Below are positions 1-10,545 of a DNA stretch of 64,000 bases, piece after piece. The position numbers were made by a program, and so were the translations under genes. The notes beneath the pieces were generated by a model. That model made no database searches. It was not told the origin of the DNA and saw only the letters and a list, made by a program, of their open reading frames with translations. Every line of letters starts with the position of its first letter. The stretch's first letter is position 1. The stretch comes from Mustelus asterias (Eukaryota). The stretch spans positions 186,001-250,000 of the forward strand of contig NW_027590137.1 in the NCBI RefSeq assembly GCF_964213995.1, read 5' to 3'.

Positions 1-119
1 AGGGAGCTGACAATGATTCTGAAGGGTTTGCGGATCCACAAAGTGTTTCCAAATCCTCCCAGCCACCGCCTAACGCTGACTCCGCTTCTCCGGGACAAAC
101 AAGCGCCAAGGACAGCAAT

Positions 120-345
120 GACACTGCGCATGCTCCACATCACAATGCCCGGGCACTGATTGACGGCAGCTCCGGACCAATAGGAAGAGGGGGCGGGGCT
201 GGAGGACTGAGCGGCAGCAGCTGGTCCTCCAACCAATCGGAGTGAATGAGGGGCGGGACCTGAAGCATGCGCAGTGCGGGTAATGGCGACGGACAGACGG
301 ACGGTTTTCATGTGGAAGCGAGATCAATGCGAGGTAGAGGGCGGC
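120..345. promoter_or_regulatory. CpG-rich promoter (NRF1-like, CCAAT, GC boxes), diverged member of the repeated ZNF-cluster promoter module
   Basis: TGCGCATG and GCATGCGC motifs, two CCAAT boxes flanking a TGGAGGAC...GTCCTCCA inverted repeat, and GGGGCGGG boxes. The same CCAAT-palindrome-CCAAT layout occurs at about 3930-3985 and 14915-14970. Confidence 0.55.
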
Positions 346-547
346 GTGCGGGGAATGATAAATGTGGCGGGTGGGTGGAGAGACTTTGTAAACATGTTGT
401 TCAAACCCAAACCCCGGAAATGAACTTCCCGGTCCCCCACTTTGTACCAAATGGAGCTGCAGCTTGTAGTGTTAGACCCGGGCTGACTGCCGCCATTGAG
501 GCTGCATGTGGGAGGCCGGCAGGGATTGTGATCTGAGAGTGAAGCCC

Positions 548-687
548 TGACGTCACAATGGAATGGGTGAGAGTGTGACATCACAATGGAATGGGTGAGA
601 GTGTGACGTCACAATGGAATGGGTGAGGGTGTGACGTCACAATGGAATGGGTGAGGGTGGGACGTCACAATGGAATGCGTGAGGGTT
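548..687 (+). repeat. 28-bp minisatellite, 5 copies, carrying CRE palindromes
   Basis: Unit TGACGTCACAATGGAATGGGTGAG(A/G)GTG at 548, 576, 604, 632 and 660. Three copies have a perfect TGACGTCA. Confidence 0.9.
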
Positions 688-734
688 CCAGATGAGCTGA
701 GACTGGGCTGGAGTCGGGCAATGGCACTGACATG

Positions 735-892
735 TGGCCCGGTGCCACAGTGGTTAGTGCAGCTGCCTAACAGCGCCAGGGACCCGGGTTCAATTCCAGC
801 CTCGGGTCCCTGTCTGTGCAGAGTTTCTACATTCTCCCCGTGTCTGTGTGGGTTTCCTCCGGGTGTTCCGGTTTCCTTCCACAGTCCAAAGG
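735..892 (+). mobile_element. HE1-type tRNA-derived SINE, 5' half (split by a CR1 insertion)
   Basis: CAGTGGTTAG (A box), GGTTCAATTCC (B box) and the V-domain core TTCTCCCCGTGTCTG..GGGTTTCCTCCGGGTG..CCGGTTTCC..CACAGTCCAAA. The 3' half resumes at about 2390. Confidence 0.8.
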
Positions 893-2390
893 GCCCTGGC
901 AGATATATTTAAAATGTTGGTATCCACGGGTGAGGTGCCGGATGATTGGAGGATAGCTCATGTTGTTCCGTTGTTTAAAAAGGCTCAAAAAGTAATGTGG
1001 GAAATTATAGGCTGGTAACTTTGATGTCAGCAGCAGATAAATTATTGGAAGGAGTACTAAGAGATAGGATCTGCAAATAGTTGGATAGACAGGGACTTAT
1101 TAGGGAGAGTCCAGCTTTGTGCGTGGTCGGTCATGTTTAACCAATCTATTAGAGTTTTTCGAGGAGTTTACCAGGAAAGTGGATGAAGGGAAGGCAGTGG
1201 ATGTTGTCTCCATGAACTTCAGTAACGCCTTTGACAAGGTCCCACATGGGAGGTTAGTTAGGATGGTTCAGTCGCTAGGTATACATGGAGAGGTAGTAAA
1301 TTGGATTCGACATTGGCTCAATGGACGAAGCCAGAGAGTGGTAGTGGAGGATTGCTTCTCTGATTGGAGGCCTGTGACGAGTGGTGTGCCACATGGATCA
1401 GTGCTGGATCCATTGTTGTTTGTCATCTATATCAATGATCTGGATGATAATGTGGTAAATTGGATCAGCAAATTTGTTGTTGATACAAAGATTGGAGGGG
1501 TAGTGTTTAGTGAGGAAGGTTTTCAAAGCTTGCAGAGGGATTTGGACCAGCTAGAAAAATGGACTGAAAAATGGCAGATGGAGTTTAATGCAGACAAGTG
1601 TGAGGTATTGCACTTTGGAAGGACAAACCAAGGTTGAACATACAAGGTAAATGGTAGGACACTGAAGAGTGCAGTAGAACAGAGGGATCTGGGAATACAG
1701 ATACATAATTCCCTAAAAGTGGCGTCACAGGTAGATAGGGTTGTAAAGAATGCTTTTGGTACAATGGCCTTTATAAATTAAAGTATTGAGTAGAAGAGAT
1801 GGAATGTTATGATGAGGTTATATAAGACATTGGTGAGGTTGAATTTAGAGTATTGTGTGCAGTTTTGGTCACCTAATTACAGGAAGGGTATTAATAAGGT
1901 TGAAAGAGTGCAGAGAAGGTTTACAAGGATATTGCCGGGACTTGAGAAACTGAGTTACAGAGAAAGGTTGAATAGGTTAGGACTTTATTCCCTGGAGCGT
2001 AGAAGAATGAGGGGAGATTTGATAGAGGTGTATAAAATTATGATGGGTATAGATAGAGTGAATGCAAGCAGGCTTTTTCCACTGAGGCTAGGGGAGAAAA
2101 AAACTAGAGGACATGGGTTAAGGGTGAAGGGGGAAAAGTTTAAAGGGAATATTAGGGAGGGGGCTTCTTCACGCAGAGAGTGGAGGGAGTGTGGAATGAG
2201 CTGCCAGATGAAGTGGTGAATGCGGGCTCACTTTTAACATTTAAGATAAACTTGGACAGGTACATGGATGAGAGGGGTGTGGAGGGATATGGTCCAGGTG
2301 CGGGTCAGTGGGACGAGGCAGAAAAATGGTTCGGCACAGCCAAGAAGGGCCAAAAGGCCTGTTTCTGTGCTGTAATATTCTATGCTTCTA
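893..2390 (+). mobile_element. CR1 (HER1-like) LINE, 5'-truncated, degenerate RT
   Basis: ORFs 1119-1637 and 1809-2219 carry CR1 RT motifs (AFDKVPH, GVP.GSVL.P.LF..YINDL, LEYCVQFWSP) with stops and frameshifts, followed by a CR1 3' UTR. Confidence 0.92.
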
Positions 2391-2530
2391 TGTGCCGGTT
2401 AGAAAGATTGGCCATGATAAATTGCCACTTGCTATCAGGGGGTTAACAGGGAAATATGTGGATAGGGCCTGGATGGGATTGTTGTCGGTGCAGGCTCGAT
2501 GGGCTGAATGGCCTCCTTCTACACTGTATT
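2390..2530 (+). mobile_element. HE1-type SINE, 3' half
   Basis: ATTGGCCATGATAAATTGCC...GGTGCAGGCTCGATGGGCTGAATGGCCTCCTTCT continues the SINE broken at 892; compare the intact copy at 62755-63065. Confidence 0.72.
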
Positions 2531-2559
2531 TTATTATTCATTATTATTAATTAATTACT

Positions 2560-2830
2560 ATTAATGATTCTATGAATGAAGGTGGTCTTGATGATGATGT
2601 GGACGTTTGGCTGGAAGCTCATCTTGGGATGAACTATTTCACCCTGGTTGTGAACAGCCTGGTTCAGCCTCAGACAGTTGCCAGGAGGAGAGATAAAGTT
2701 GTTGGCGAGGGAGTGGAGTTTGTAGTGGGGACTGAACACAATGGGTTCAGTCTTCCCAGTATTTATATGAAATAAATTTCTGTTCTTTCAGTACTGGATG
2801 TCAGACAAGTCAGGATGGTGTGTGAGTTGG
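2560..2830 (-). mobile_element. Old L2-like LINE RT C-terminal fragment
   Basis: ORF 2551-2739 (LRLNQAVHNQGEIVHPKMSFQPNVHIIIKT) resembles the L2-type motif V.NLGV.FD..LSF..HI..I.K. Confidence 0.5.
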
Positions 2831-2959
2831 ATAGGAACTTGGAGCTGATGGTGTTTACAGGGTTTGGAAATTCTGTCAAAGTTCCTGTTGAGTTGTAGAT
2901 GTATAAAATCTCTCTCCTCACCTCCGGCCTCTCCTAATTCTCTCTGTTTCCACTCAGAG

Positions 2960-3346
2960 TGTGGAGATGCCGGCGTTGGACTGGGGTAAGCACAGTAAGA
3001 AGTCTCACAACACCAGGTTAAAATCCAACAGGTTAATTTGTTAGCATAAGCCACTAGTTTTCGGAGCGCTGCCCCTTCATCAGGTGAGTGGGAGTTCTGT
3101 TCACAAACAGGGCACAAAGACACAAACTCAATTTACAGAATAATGGTTGGAATGCGAGTCTTTACAGGAAATCAAGTCTTAAAGGTACAGACAATGTGAG
3201 TGGAGAGAGGGTTAAGCACAGGTTAAAGAGATATGTATTGTCTCCAGCCAGGACAGTTAGTGAGATTTTGCAAGCCCAGGCAAGTGGTGGGGGTTACAGA
3301 TAGTGTGTCATGAACTCAAGATCCCGGTTGAGGCCGTCCTCATATG
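2960..3346 (-). mobile_element. Penelope-like element 3' (pLTR) fragment with minimal hammerhead motif
   Basis: Homologous to 30973-31400 and 33010-33101. The minus strand reads CTGATGAAGGGGCAGCGCTCCGAAAACTAGTG at about 3052-3083. Confidence 0.82.
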
Positions 3347-3469
3347 TGATTGACAGATCCATGCTCACTGCTTCTTGCTCTGGATGCAGAGAGCTGAAAA
3401 TTTCCATGCAGGCTGCCAGACAGAGAAATGTCTACATTACTGGAGTAGAAATGTGTGGAATATACAGAC

Positions 3470-4056
3470 CGAATTCACTTCATTCCCTTCAGTTGCTGCA
3501 AGTCCCCAATTTCCCCCAGAATGAGAAGAGAAATGGAACGGGGGAAACATTGATTTCCTCCCAGGTGTGGCCCAGAGGAGGAAGTTTCACTCTGAAGCTC
3601 ATTGGTCAACTTCCACATTGTGATGTCACAATGGAGCCCTGCCTGAATCAGCCAATAGGAGTCACTCTGCTCCGCGGTGACGTCTCCGGGTTCCAGTGCG
3701 CAGGCCCGGGCGCGCGGACCCGGGAGCCCCGCCCCCACCCATTGTTCCCCCTCCCCCTACACCTCCATGAGCCAAGGTTTCCAGGCAACCGGCTGACGGC
3801 TCCGGCCAGAGCGAGAAGCCGCTCGGTGAGCTCCCCCTCCCCCCGGCCCAGGACTGCACATGTCTAAGGGAGGGGGAAGCTGCGCATGTGCGGGGGAGAG
3901 CCCACCCTCTGATCTTCATACTGAGATGTTGACCAATGGGAAGAGTTGGAGGACCAGAAGGACTCTGGTCTTCCAGCCAATCAGAGCGCGGGCTTTGTGT
4001 GAATGAAGATTGATCTTCAGACAAACTCAAACCTCCTCCTGTCTCCACATCGGAGG
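3470..4056. promoter_or_regulatory. Repeated GC-rich, probably bidirectional ZNF-family promoter module, copy 1
   Basis: RFX-type X-box GTTTCCAGGCAAC, NRF1-like GCGCATG, several CCAAT boxes, GC box and ETS-like ACTTCC. Closely similar copies lie at 14690-15130 and 39985-40430. Confidence 0.65.
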
Positions 4057-5940
4057 TCCCGGCTGACCTGCGGAGGATGTGAGAATGCCAGGCGGTGTAC
4101 TCCGCCGCGTCCTCTGCCAGGATCAACTGGGCTAAGTGCTCCGGACTCGTCGGTCCTTGGGAGACGGAGCTCAGGCCTTTCACCTGGAGCAGGACCAACC
4201 TCCTCTACTTGGGGGCCCATCTCTGCCCAGCCGAGGAATCCTGGCCGGCGAACTGGCGGGAGCTGGAGGCCAAAGTCTCCGCCCGCCTGAGTCGCTGGAC
4301 AGGACTGCTCCGAGTGCTGTCCTACGCGAGTTCGCGTCATAAACCAGCTGGTCGCCTCCATGCTGTGGTACCGGCTGGTCCCTTTGACCCCTCCCCCTGG
4401 CTTTGTCACCGATATCCAGAGAACCCTCCTGCGGTTCTTCTGGGGCAATCGACTGCACTGGGTCTCTGCTGCGGTCCTGTATCTCCCGTTTAAGGAGGGC
4501 GGACAAGGTCTGGTGTGCCTCCGCACTCAGATAGCGACCTTCCGCCTCCAGGCCCTGCAGAGGTACCTTTACGTTGAGCCCCCTCCACAGTGGTGTGCCA
4601 TGGCGACGTATTTCTTCCGCCACTGGCACGGCCTCAATTATGACGTGCAGCTCCTGCATATCGAACTGGGGCGTGCTCCGACCACCCTGCAGGAGTTGCC
4701 TGTCTTTTACCAGGACCTCCTCACTGTCTGGAACAAGGTCGCCTCGCGACGCAGCTCCCCGCCCCCCCCGTCAGGAGTAGCGGCTCTTGTGCGAGAGCCG
4801 CTGCTCAGGAATCCGCTCCTCCAGCCGTATAACTTCAGGTGGCTGGCGGAGAGGAGGGCTGTGGACGCCGGGGTGACCAGAATCGGGGATGTGCTCGATG
4901 GCGGAGGAGCGGGCTGGATGAGTCCCCGCGTGCTGGCTGAGCGCGCGGGGACGACCGTCCGGCACGCGACCAAAGCCATCCTAGACCTTAGGACGGTCGT
5001 GCTCGGCCCCGAAACTGCACGCAAACTGGAGGTGGCGCAGGCGTGCGGTGGGATCCCGCCCAAGCTTTCCCCTGTTCGGATGGAATTCCGCATTGGCCCA
5101 AAGCCTCAGCCCCCTCCCCTGGGTGAGGTGCCCCACAGCCTGAGCCGCCTCGCGGAAATGTCCTCCGTGCCTTTTGCTACCACGCGGAGGCATTTCCTGT
5201 GCGGGCTGCTGCTGCACACCTTCCACTACTGCCTCCTCGCCTGTCGCCCGGATACACCTTGGCGGGCCTTGTTGCCGCCGGGCGGCGGAGGTCCCCGCTG
5301 GAGGTCCCTCTACGGAAGGATCTCCCCCAATTACGTCGGGGACCTGGGGTGGAGGGTGATGCATGCAGCAGTGCCGCACAACCGTAGGATTCACTGGTTC
5401 ACGGGCTCCGAAGACTGCCCTTTCTGTGGCCTTGTGGAGTCCGTGGACCATGTCTATGTTGTGTGTCTTAGGCTGCACTCCCTTTATGTTTTCCTGAAGA
5501 ACTTTTTATTGATGTTTTGTCTGCACTTCAGTCCCACGCTCCTGATCTACGGACACCCGGTGCGGAGAGGGGAGGGTCGGGATGGCGACCTCCTCGTGAA
5601 CCTGCTCCTGGGCCTGGCGAAACGCGCCATTTACCGGTCCAGGCAGCGGGCGATCGAGGGGGCCGTCCATCCTGACTGTCTTCCCCTCTACCGCGGCTAC
5701 GTTCGCGGCCAGGTGTCCCTGGAGAGGGAGCATGCGGTGTCCACGGGCGAGGTTGACGCTTTCCGCGCCCGCTGGGCACCGTAGGGGTTGGGGTGCATTA
5801 TTGACCCTAATAATCACATTTTAATTTGATGTTTTTAAGTTTCCTTTGTATTTTGATTTCTGTTCGGGCTGTTCCCCCTCCTTTTTGGGGAGCTGCCCCT
5901 TTTACTTTGTCCTGATTTAATCTGAGTTTGTTTATTTGGT
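4057..5940 (+). mobile_element. Tx1-clade non-LTR retrotransposon, 3' part of ORF2 plus 3' UTR
   Basis: ORFs 4095 (SSARINWAKC, LLYLGAHL) and 4360-5784 (YLPFKEGGQGL, DLGWRVMH, C-terminal CPFCGLVESVDHVYVVC zinc knuckle), one frameshift near 4330, T-rich 3' UTR. Confidence 0.88.
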
Positions 5941-6078
5941 CCTGCAGCCAATCAGAGCTCCCCATTGTCTGAATGCGGAAGTTAGTTGGCCAATGAGCTT
6001 CAGACCAAACCTCCTCCTCTCAGCAACACCTGTGAGCAAATCCAGAGGTGTTCTGTCAGTTTATTAAGAGCAGGAGGT

Positions 6079-6195
6079 ATCGCTTCTCGGCCTTTTGGCG
6101 AAGATCCAGTGTAGTATTGACATGCTGTGCTTGGTTGAAGTCATTTGGTTACATTTTAGCTTCAACTGAAGCAATTTTTAAAAGCGGCATCTCGG
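6079..6195 (+). ncRNA. U2 snRNA-headed RNA-like sequence, copy A (U2 nt 1-39 plus non-U2 body), fused to CR1
   Basis: 6079-6117 matches the U2 5' end at 37/39. The body GCTTGGTTGAAGTCATTTGGTTACA..GCTTCA..TGAAGCAATTTTTAAAAGCGGCATCTCGG is shared with copy B (29535-29795). Confidence 0.75.
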
Positions 6196-6915
6196 AATGC
6201 ACAATGAATAGTCAGATCCTCGGAGGTACAGAGGATCAGAGGGACCTTGGTGTGTATGTTCATAGATCTCTGAAGACAGTAGGACAGCGACATAAGGTGG
6301 TCCAGAAGGCACATGGGATACTTGCCTTTATTAACCGAGGCATTGACTATAAGAGCAGGGAGGTTATGATGGAGCTGTATAAAACACTGGATAGGCCACA
6401 GCTGGAGTACTGTGTGCAGTTCTGGTCGCCACACTATGGGAAGGATGTAGTTGCACTGGAGAAGGTGCAGAGGAAATTCCCCAGGGTGTTGCCTGGGCTG
6501 GAGTGTTTCAGCTATCAAGAGAAACTGGATAGGCTGGCGTTGTTTTTCTTGGAGCAGAGAAGGGTGAGGGGGACCTTATTGAGGTGTATAAAATTCTGAG
6601 GGGCACAGATGGAGGGGGACAGGAAGGAACTTTTCTCTTTAGTAGAGGGGGCAATAACCAAAGGCATGGATCTAAGTTCAGGGGCAGGAGGTTTGTAGAA
6701 GATGTGAGGAAAAACTTTTCACTCAGACGGTGGTGGGAATCTGGAACTCACTGCATGAAACATTTAAGAAGTATTTAGATGAGCTCTTGAAATGTCATAG
6801 CATACAAGGTTACACACCAAGAGTGGAAAATGGGATTAGAATAGAAAGGTGTTTGATGGTCGGCGCAAACACGATAGGCCGAAGGGCCTCTTTCCGTGCT
6901 GTCAAACTCTATGAC
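6196..6915 (+). mobile_element. CR1 LINE 3' fragment
   Basis: EDQRDLGVYVHRSLK and LEYCVQFWSPHY, then 3' UTR GGCCGAAGGGCCT..GTGCTG..CTCTATG. Confidence 0.9.
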
Positions 6916-7074
6916 CACCCTCACAGGCAGCAAGTTCAAGACTATCATCAGTCACAACCCCCTGTATCTTCACTAATTGAAACAATCCATTTAAAACATT
7001 CTTAGTCGAGGAATATAGTCATATTTCTGTTCGGCCGGAAGCCTGCATGGAGATTTCCAGCTCTCTGTGTCCAG

Positions 7075-7140
7075 GACAGGAAGCAGTGAGCATGGATCTG
7101 TCAATCAGCCTCAATCAGCACCTTCAGGAGAATTGGGAGG
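7075..7140 (+). other. 66-nt upstream exon of ZNF gene 1
   Basis: Bounded by tgtgtccAG and GTgaat. The same 66 nt occur at 22802-22867. The next acceptor, ttttacAG, is at 7307-7308. Confidence 0.65.
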
Positions 7141-7616
7141 GTGAATATTAGATACAGCAGAGTGAGAATGGAGGGAGTGTGTGTGGGATGGAGATTTACA
7201 GCTTTTGGGGAATGAGAGAGGAAAGAATATTCTATAGAAACTAGAATTGTCTGTTCTGAATTTCTATCCTGTACTGACTGTGATGAATTTTTCAAACTCG
7301 TTTTACAGGATATCAGAAGGTGAGGATTTACAGACAAAAACTCAAAACAAACATCACGTCAGCATTCAATTTATCGGGACCTGAATATCACTGACCTTTG
7401 ATTCTAGAAGGTGAAATGTTTCTCTGTTCTTTCTGCTTCAGAAGATTCTCAACATCAGTGTGACTGGAAAAGCACCGAGACACACACACACCCGAGTGAG
7501 AGTGTTCCAGTACACTGAGTGTGGAAAGAGCTTTCACCAGTTACACAGCCTGAAAATACATTGCAGCATTCACAGCGGGAGAGACTGTACCCGTGTTCTG
7601 TGTGAGATTTAACTGA

Positions 7617-8411
7617 TTGTTTAACCTGGAGAGTCACAAGGACACCCGCACCATAGAGAAACCGTGGAAATGTGGGGAATGTGGGAAGGGATACAAAGCC
7701 CCATCAGAGCTGGAAACTCATCGACGCAGTCACACTGGAGAGAGACCGTTCAGCTGCTCTGTGTGTGGGAAGGGATTCACTCAGTCATCCAGCCTGCAGA
7801 GACACCAGCGAGTTCACACCGGGGAGAGACCGTTCACCTGCTCTCAGTGTGGGAAGGGATTCACTCGCATTTCCCACCTGCTGAGTCACAAAGTCACTCA
7901 CACCAATGAGAGACCCTTTAAATGTACTGACTGTGGGAGTGGATTTAAAAGTTCTCGAGAACTGGTGTCCCACCAACGCACTCACACTGAGGAGAGACCG
8001 TTCAGCTGCTCTCACTGCTCAAAGAAGTTTAGAACGTCATTCCACCTGCGGAAACACCAGCGAGTTCATACTGGGGAGAGGCCATTCACCTGCTCTGTGT
8101 GTGGGAACGGGTTCACTCAGTTATCCATCCTGCTGAGACACAATCTCATTCACAGCAATGAGAGACCCTTTAAATGTTCTGACTGTGGGAGCGGATTCAA
8201 AAGCTCAGTGGATCTGGTGTCCCACCAGCGCATTCACACTGAGGAGAGACCGTTCAGCTGCTCTCACTGCACAATGAGATTTAAATGGTCATCTGCACTG
8301 CGGATACACCAGCGAGTTCACACTGGGGAGCGGCCGTTCACCTGCTCTGTGTGTGGGAAGGGATTGACTCGGTTATCCAACCTGCAGAAACACCAACAGA
8401 TTCACAAATGA
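7617..8411 (+). CDS. C2H2 zinc-finger protein 1 (9 intact fingers; family ATG is ATA here, possibly a pseudogene)
   Basis: Nine CxxC..HxxxH fingers with TGERP linkers. Decayed fingers lie upstream (7309-7620). ACCATAGAG replaces the ACCATGGAG of the paralogs. Confidence 0.75.
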   Translation: MFNLESHKDTRTIEKPWKCGECGKGYKAPSELETHRRSHTGERPFSCSVCGKGFTQSSSLQRHQRVHTGERPFTCSQCGKGFTRISHLLSHKVTHTNERPFKCTDCGSGFKSSRELVSHQRTHTEERPFSCSHCSKKFRTSFHLRKHQRVHTGERPFTCSVCGNGFTQLSILLRHNLIHSNERPFKCSDCGSGFKSSVDLVSHQRIHTEERPFSCSHCTMRFKWSSALRIHQRVHTGERPFTCSVCGKGLTRLSNLQKHQQIHK

Positions 8412-8584
8412 TTATCGAGTTGGTTTCTGCTGTTAATCACATCCAGCACTGAACCATGTTCATTCTGACAGTTGGTGAAGTGGAAGGTTGAAGGGTTTTC
8501 TTTCTGCTGGACTGGCTGGTTTCACCCCTCTGCTTCCAATGAGCTGAGGCTCTTTGAGCCTGGGAGAGCACATTTCCAATGAAA

Positions 8585-10172
8585 TAAGAACAAAGAAAAT
8601 TACAGCACAAGAACAGGCCCTCCAAGCCTGCACTGATCATGCTGCCTGACTTAACTAAAACCCCCTACCCTTCCGGGGACCATGTTCCCCTATTTCCATC
8701 CTATTCATGTATTTGTTCAGATGCCCCTTAAAAGTCACTACCGTATCCGCTTCCACTACCACCCCCGGCAGCGAGTTGCAGGCACCCACCACCTTCAAGA
8801 ACAAAGAACAATGCAGCACAGGAACAGGCCCTTCGGCCCTCCAAGCCCGTGCTGCTCCCTGGTCCAAACTAGACCATTCTTTTGTCTCCCTCCATTCCCA
8901 CTCCGTTCATATGGCTATCTAGATAAGTCTTAAACGTCCCCAGTGTGTCCGCCTCCACCACCTTGCCTGGCAGCGCATTCCAGGCCCCCACCACCCTCTG
9001 TGTAAAATATGTCCTTCTGATATCTGTGTTAAACCTCCCCCCTTCACCTTGAACCTATGACCCCTCGTGAACGTCACCACCGACCTGGGGAAAAGCTTCC
9101 CACCGTTCACCCTATCTATGCCTTTCATAATTTTATACACCTCTATTAAGTCTCCCCTCATCCTCCGTCTTTCCAGGGAGAACAACCCCAGTTTACCCAA
9201 TCTCTCCTCATAACCAAGCCCCTCCATACCAGGCAACATCCTGGTAAACCTCCTCTGTACTCTCTCCAAAGCCTCCACGTCCTTCTGGTAGTGTGGCGAC
9301 CAGAACTGGACGCAGTATTCCAAATGCGGCCGAACCAACGTTCTATACATCTGCAACATCAGACCCCAACTTTTATACTCTATGCCCCGTCCTATAAAGG
9401 CAAGCATGCCATATGCCTTCTTCACCACCTTCTCCACCTGTGACGTCACCTTCAAGGATCTGTGGACATGCACACCCAGGTCCCTCTGCGTATCTACACC
9501 CTTTATGGTTCTGCCATTTATCGTATAGCTCCTCCCTACATTATTTCTACCAAAATGCATCACTTCGCATTTATCAGGATTGAACTCTATCTGCCATTTC
9601 TTTGCCCAAATCTCCAGCCTATCGATATCCTTCTGTAGCTTCTGACAATGCTCCTCACTATCTGCAAGTCCTGCCAATTTTGTGTCGTTCGTAAAGTTAC
9701 TGATCACCCCAATTACACCTTCTTCCAGATCGTTTATATAAATCACAAACAGCAGAGGTCCCAATACCGAGCCCTGCAGAACACCACTAGTCACAGGCCT
9801 CCAGCCGGAAAAAGACCCTTCCACTACCACCCTCTGTCTTCTATGACCAAGCCAGTTCTCCACCCATCTAGCCACCTCCCCCTTTATCCCATGAGATCCT
9901 ACCTTTTTCACCAGCCTACCATGAGGGACTTTGTCAAACGCTTTACTAAAGTCCATTCTAAAGTACACTCTGTGTAAAAAATCCGCCTTATACATCTCCT
10001 TTAAACCTTGCCCCTCGCACCTTAAAGCTGTGACTCTTCCACCCTGGGAAAAAGCGTTTGACTATCCATTCCACCCATGCCCCTCATAATATTGTAGACT
10101 TCAATCAGGTCGCTCCTCAACCTCTGTTGTTCCAGTGAGAACAAACCAAGTTTCTCCAACCTCCTCATAGCT
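8585..10172 (-). mobile_element. Nested CR1 LINEs: younger copy (about 8797-9957) inside the 3' end of an older copy
   Basis: ORF 8919-9995 carries RT motifs. There are two separate 3' tails (8585 and 8797), and the outer element continues across the insert. Confidence 0.88.
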
Positions 10173-10269
10173 AAACAAACAAATAAACAAAATGATCCAC
10201 AAAAATTGATGAAAGGCATTTATTTTATCCTGGATAATAAATAGTGTTTTTCCTCCACTGCAGGTAGAT

Positions 10270-10545
10270 CTAAAATAAATACAGAAAGAACTGGAAAAAC
10301 ACAGGTCTGGCAGGCATCTGTGGGGAGGGAAACTGAGTTAATGTTTCACGTCCAATGTAACTCTACTTCAGAACTAGAGGGAGAAATGTGATGGGTTTGA
10401 TACCGGTGAGAAAGGGGGAGGGTCAGGTCGAACAAAAGGGAAAGTCAGGGATTGGTTAGAGGGCGACGAGATTAAATGTCAAAAATGTCCTGGAACAAAA
10501 GGCAAAGGGAGAGGTAATGGTTGTAGTGAAGAAAGAAAGCAGTTT
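10270..10545 (-). mobile_element. Degenerate Penelope-derived 3' fragment
   Basis: CTGGAAAAACACAGGTCTGGCAGGCATCTGTGGGGAG resembles the element at 43364-43542. Confidence 0.5.

Noticed and set aside
283-333. Possible first coding exon (ATGGCGACG...GAG|gtagag)
   Set aside because: Weak donor and no identifiable downstream in-frame exon; cannot be supported.
5940-6040. Long target-site duplication of the Tx1 at 4057-5940
   Set aside because: The two flanking module copies are much more diverged than the fairly intact Tx1 ORF would allow; they are more likely older paralogous modules.
6079-6270. Canonical U2 snRNA gene
   Set aside because: Similarity to U2 stops at nt 39; stem-loops II-IV of U2 are absent. 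The same holds at 29757-29795.
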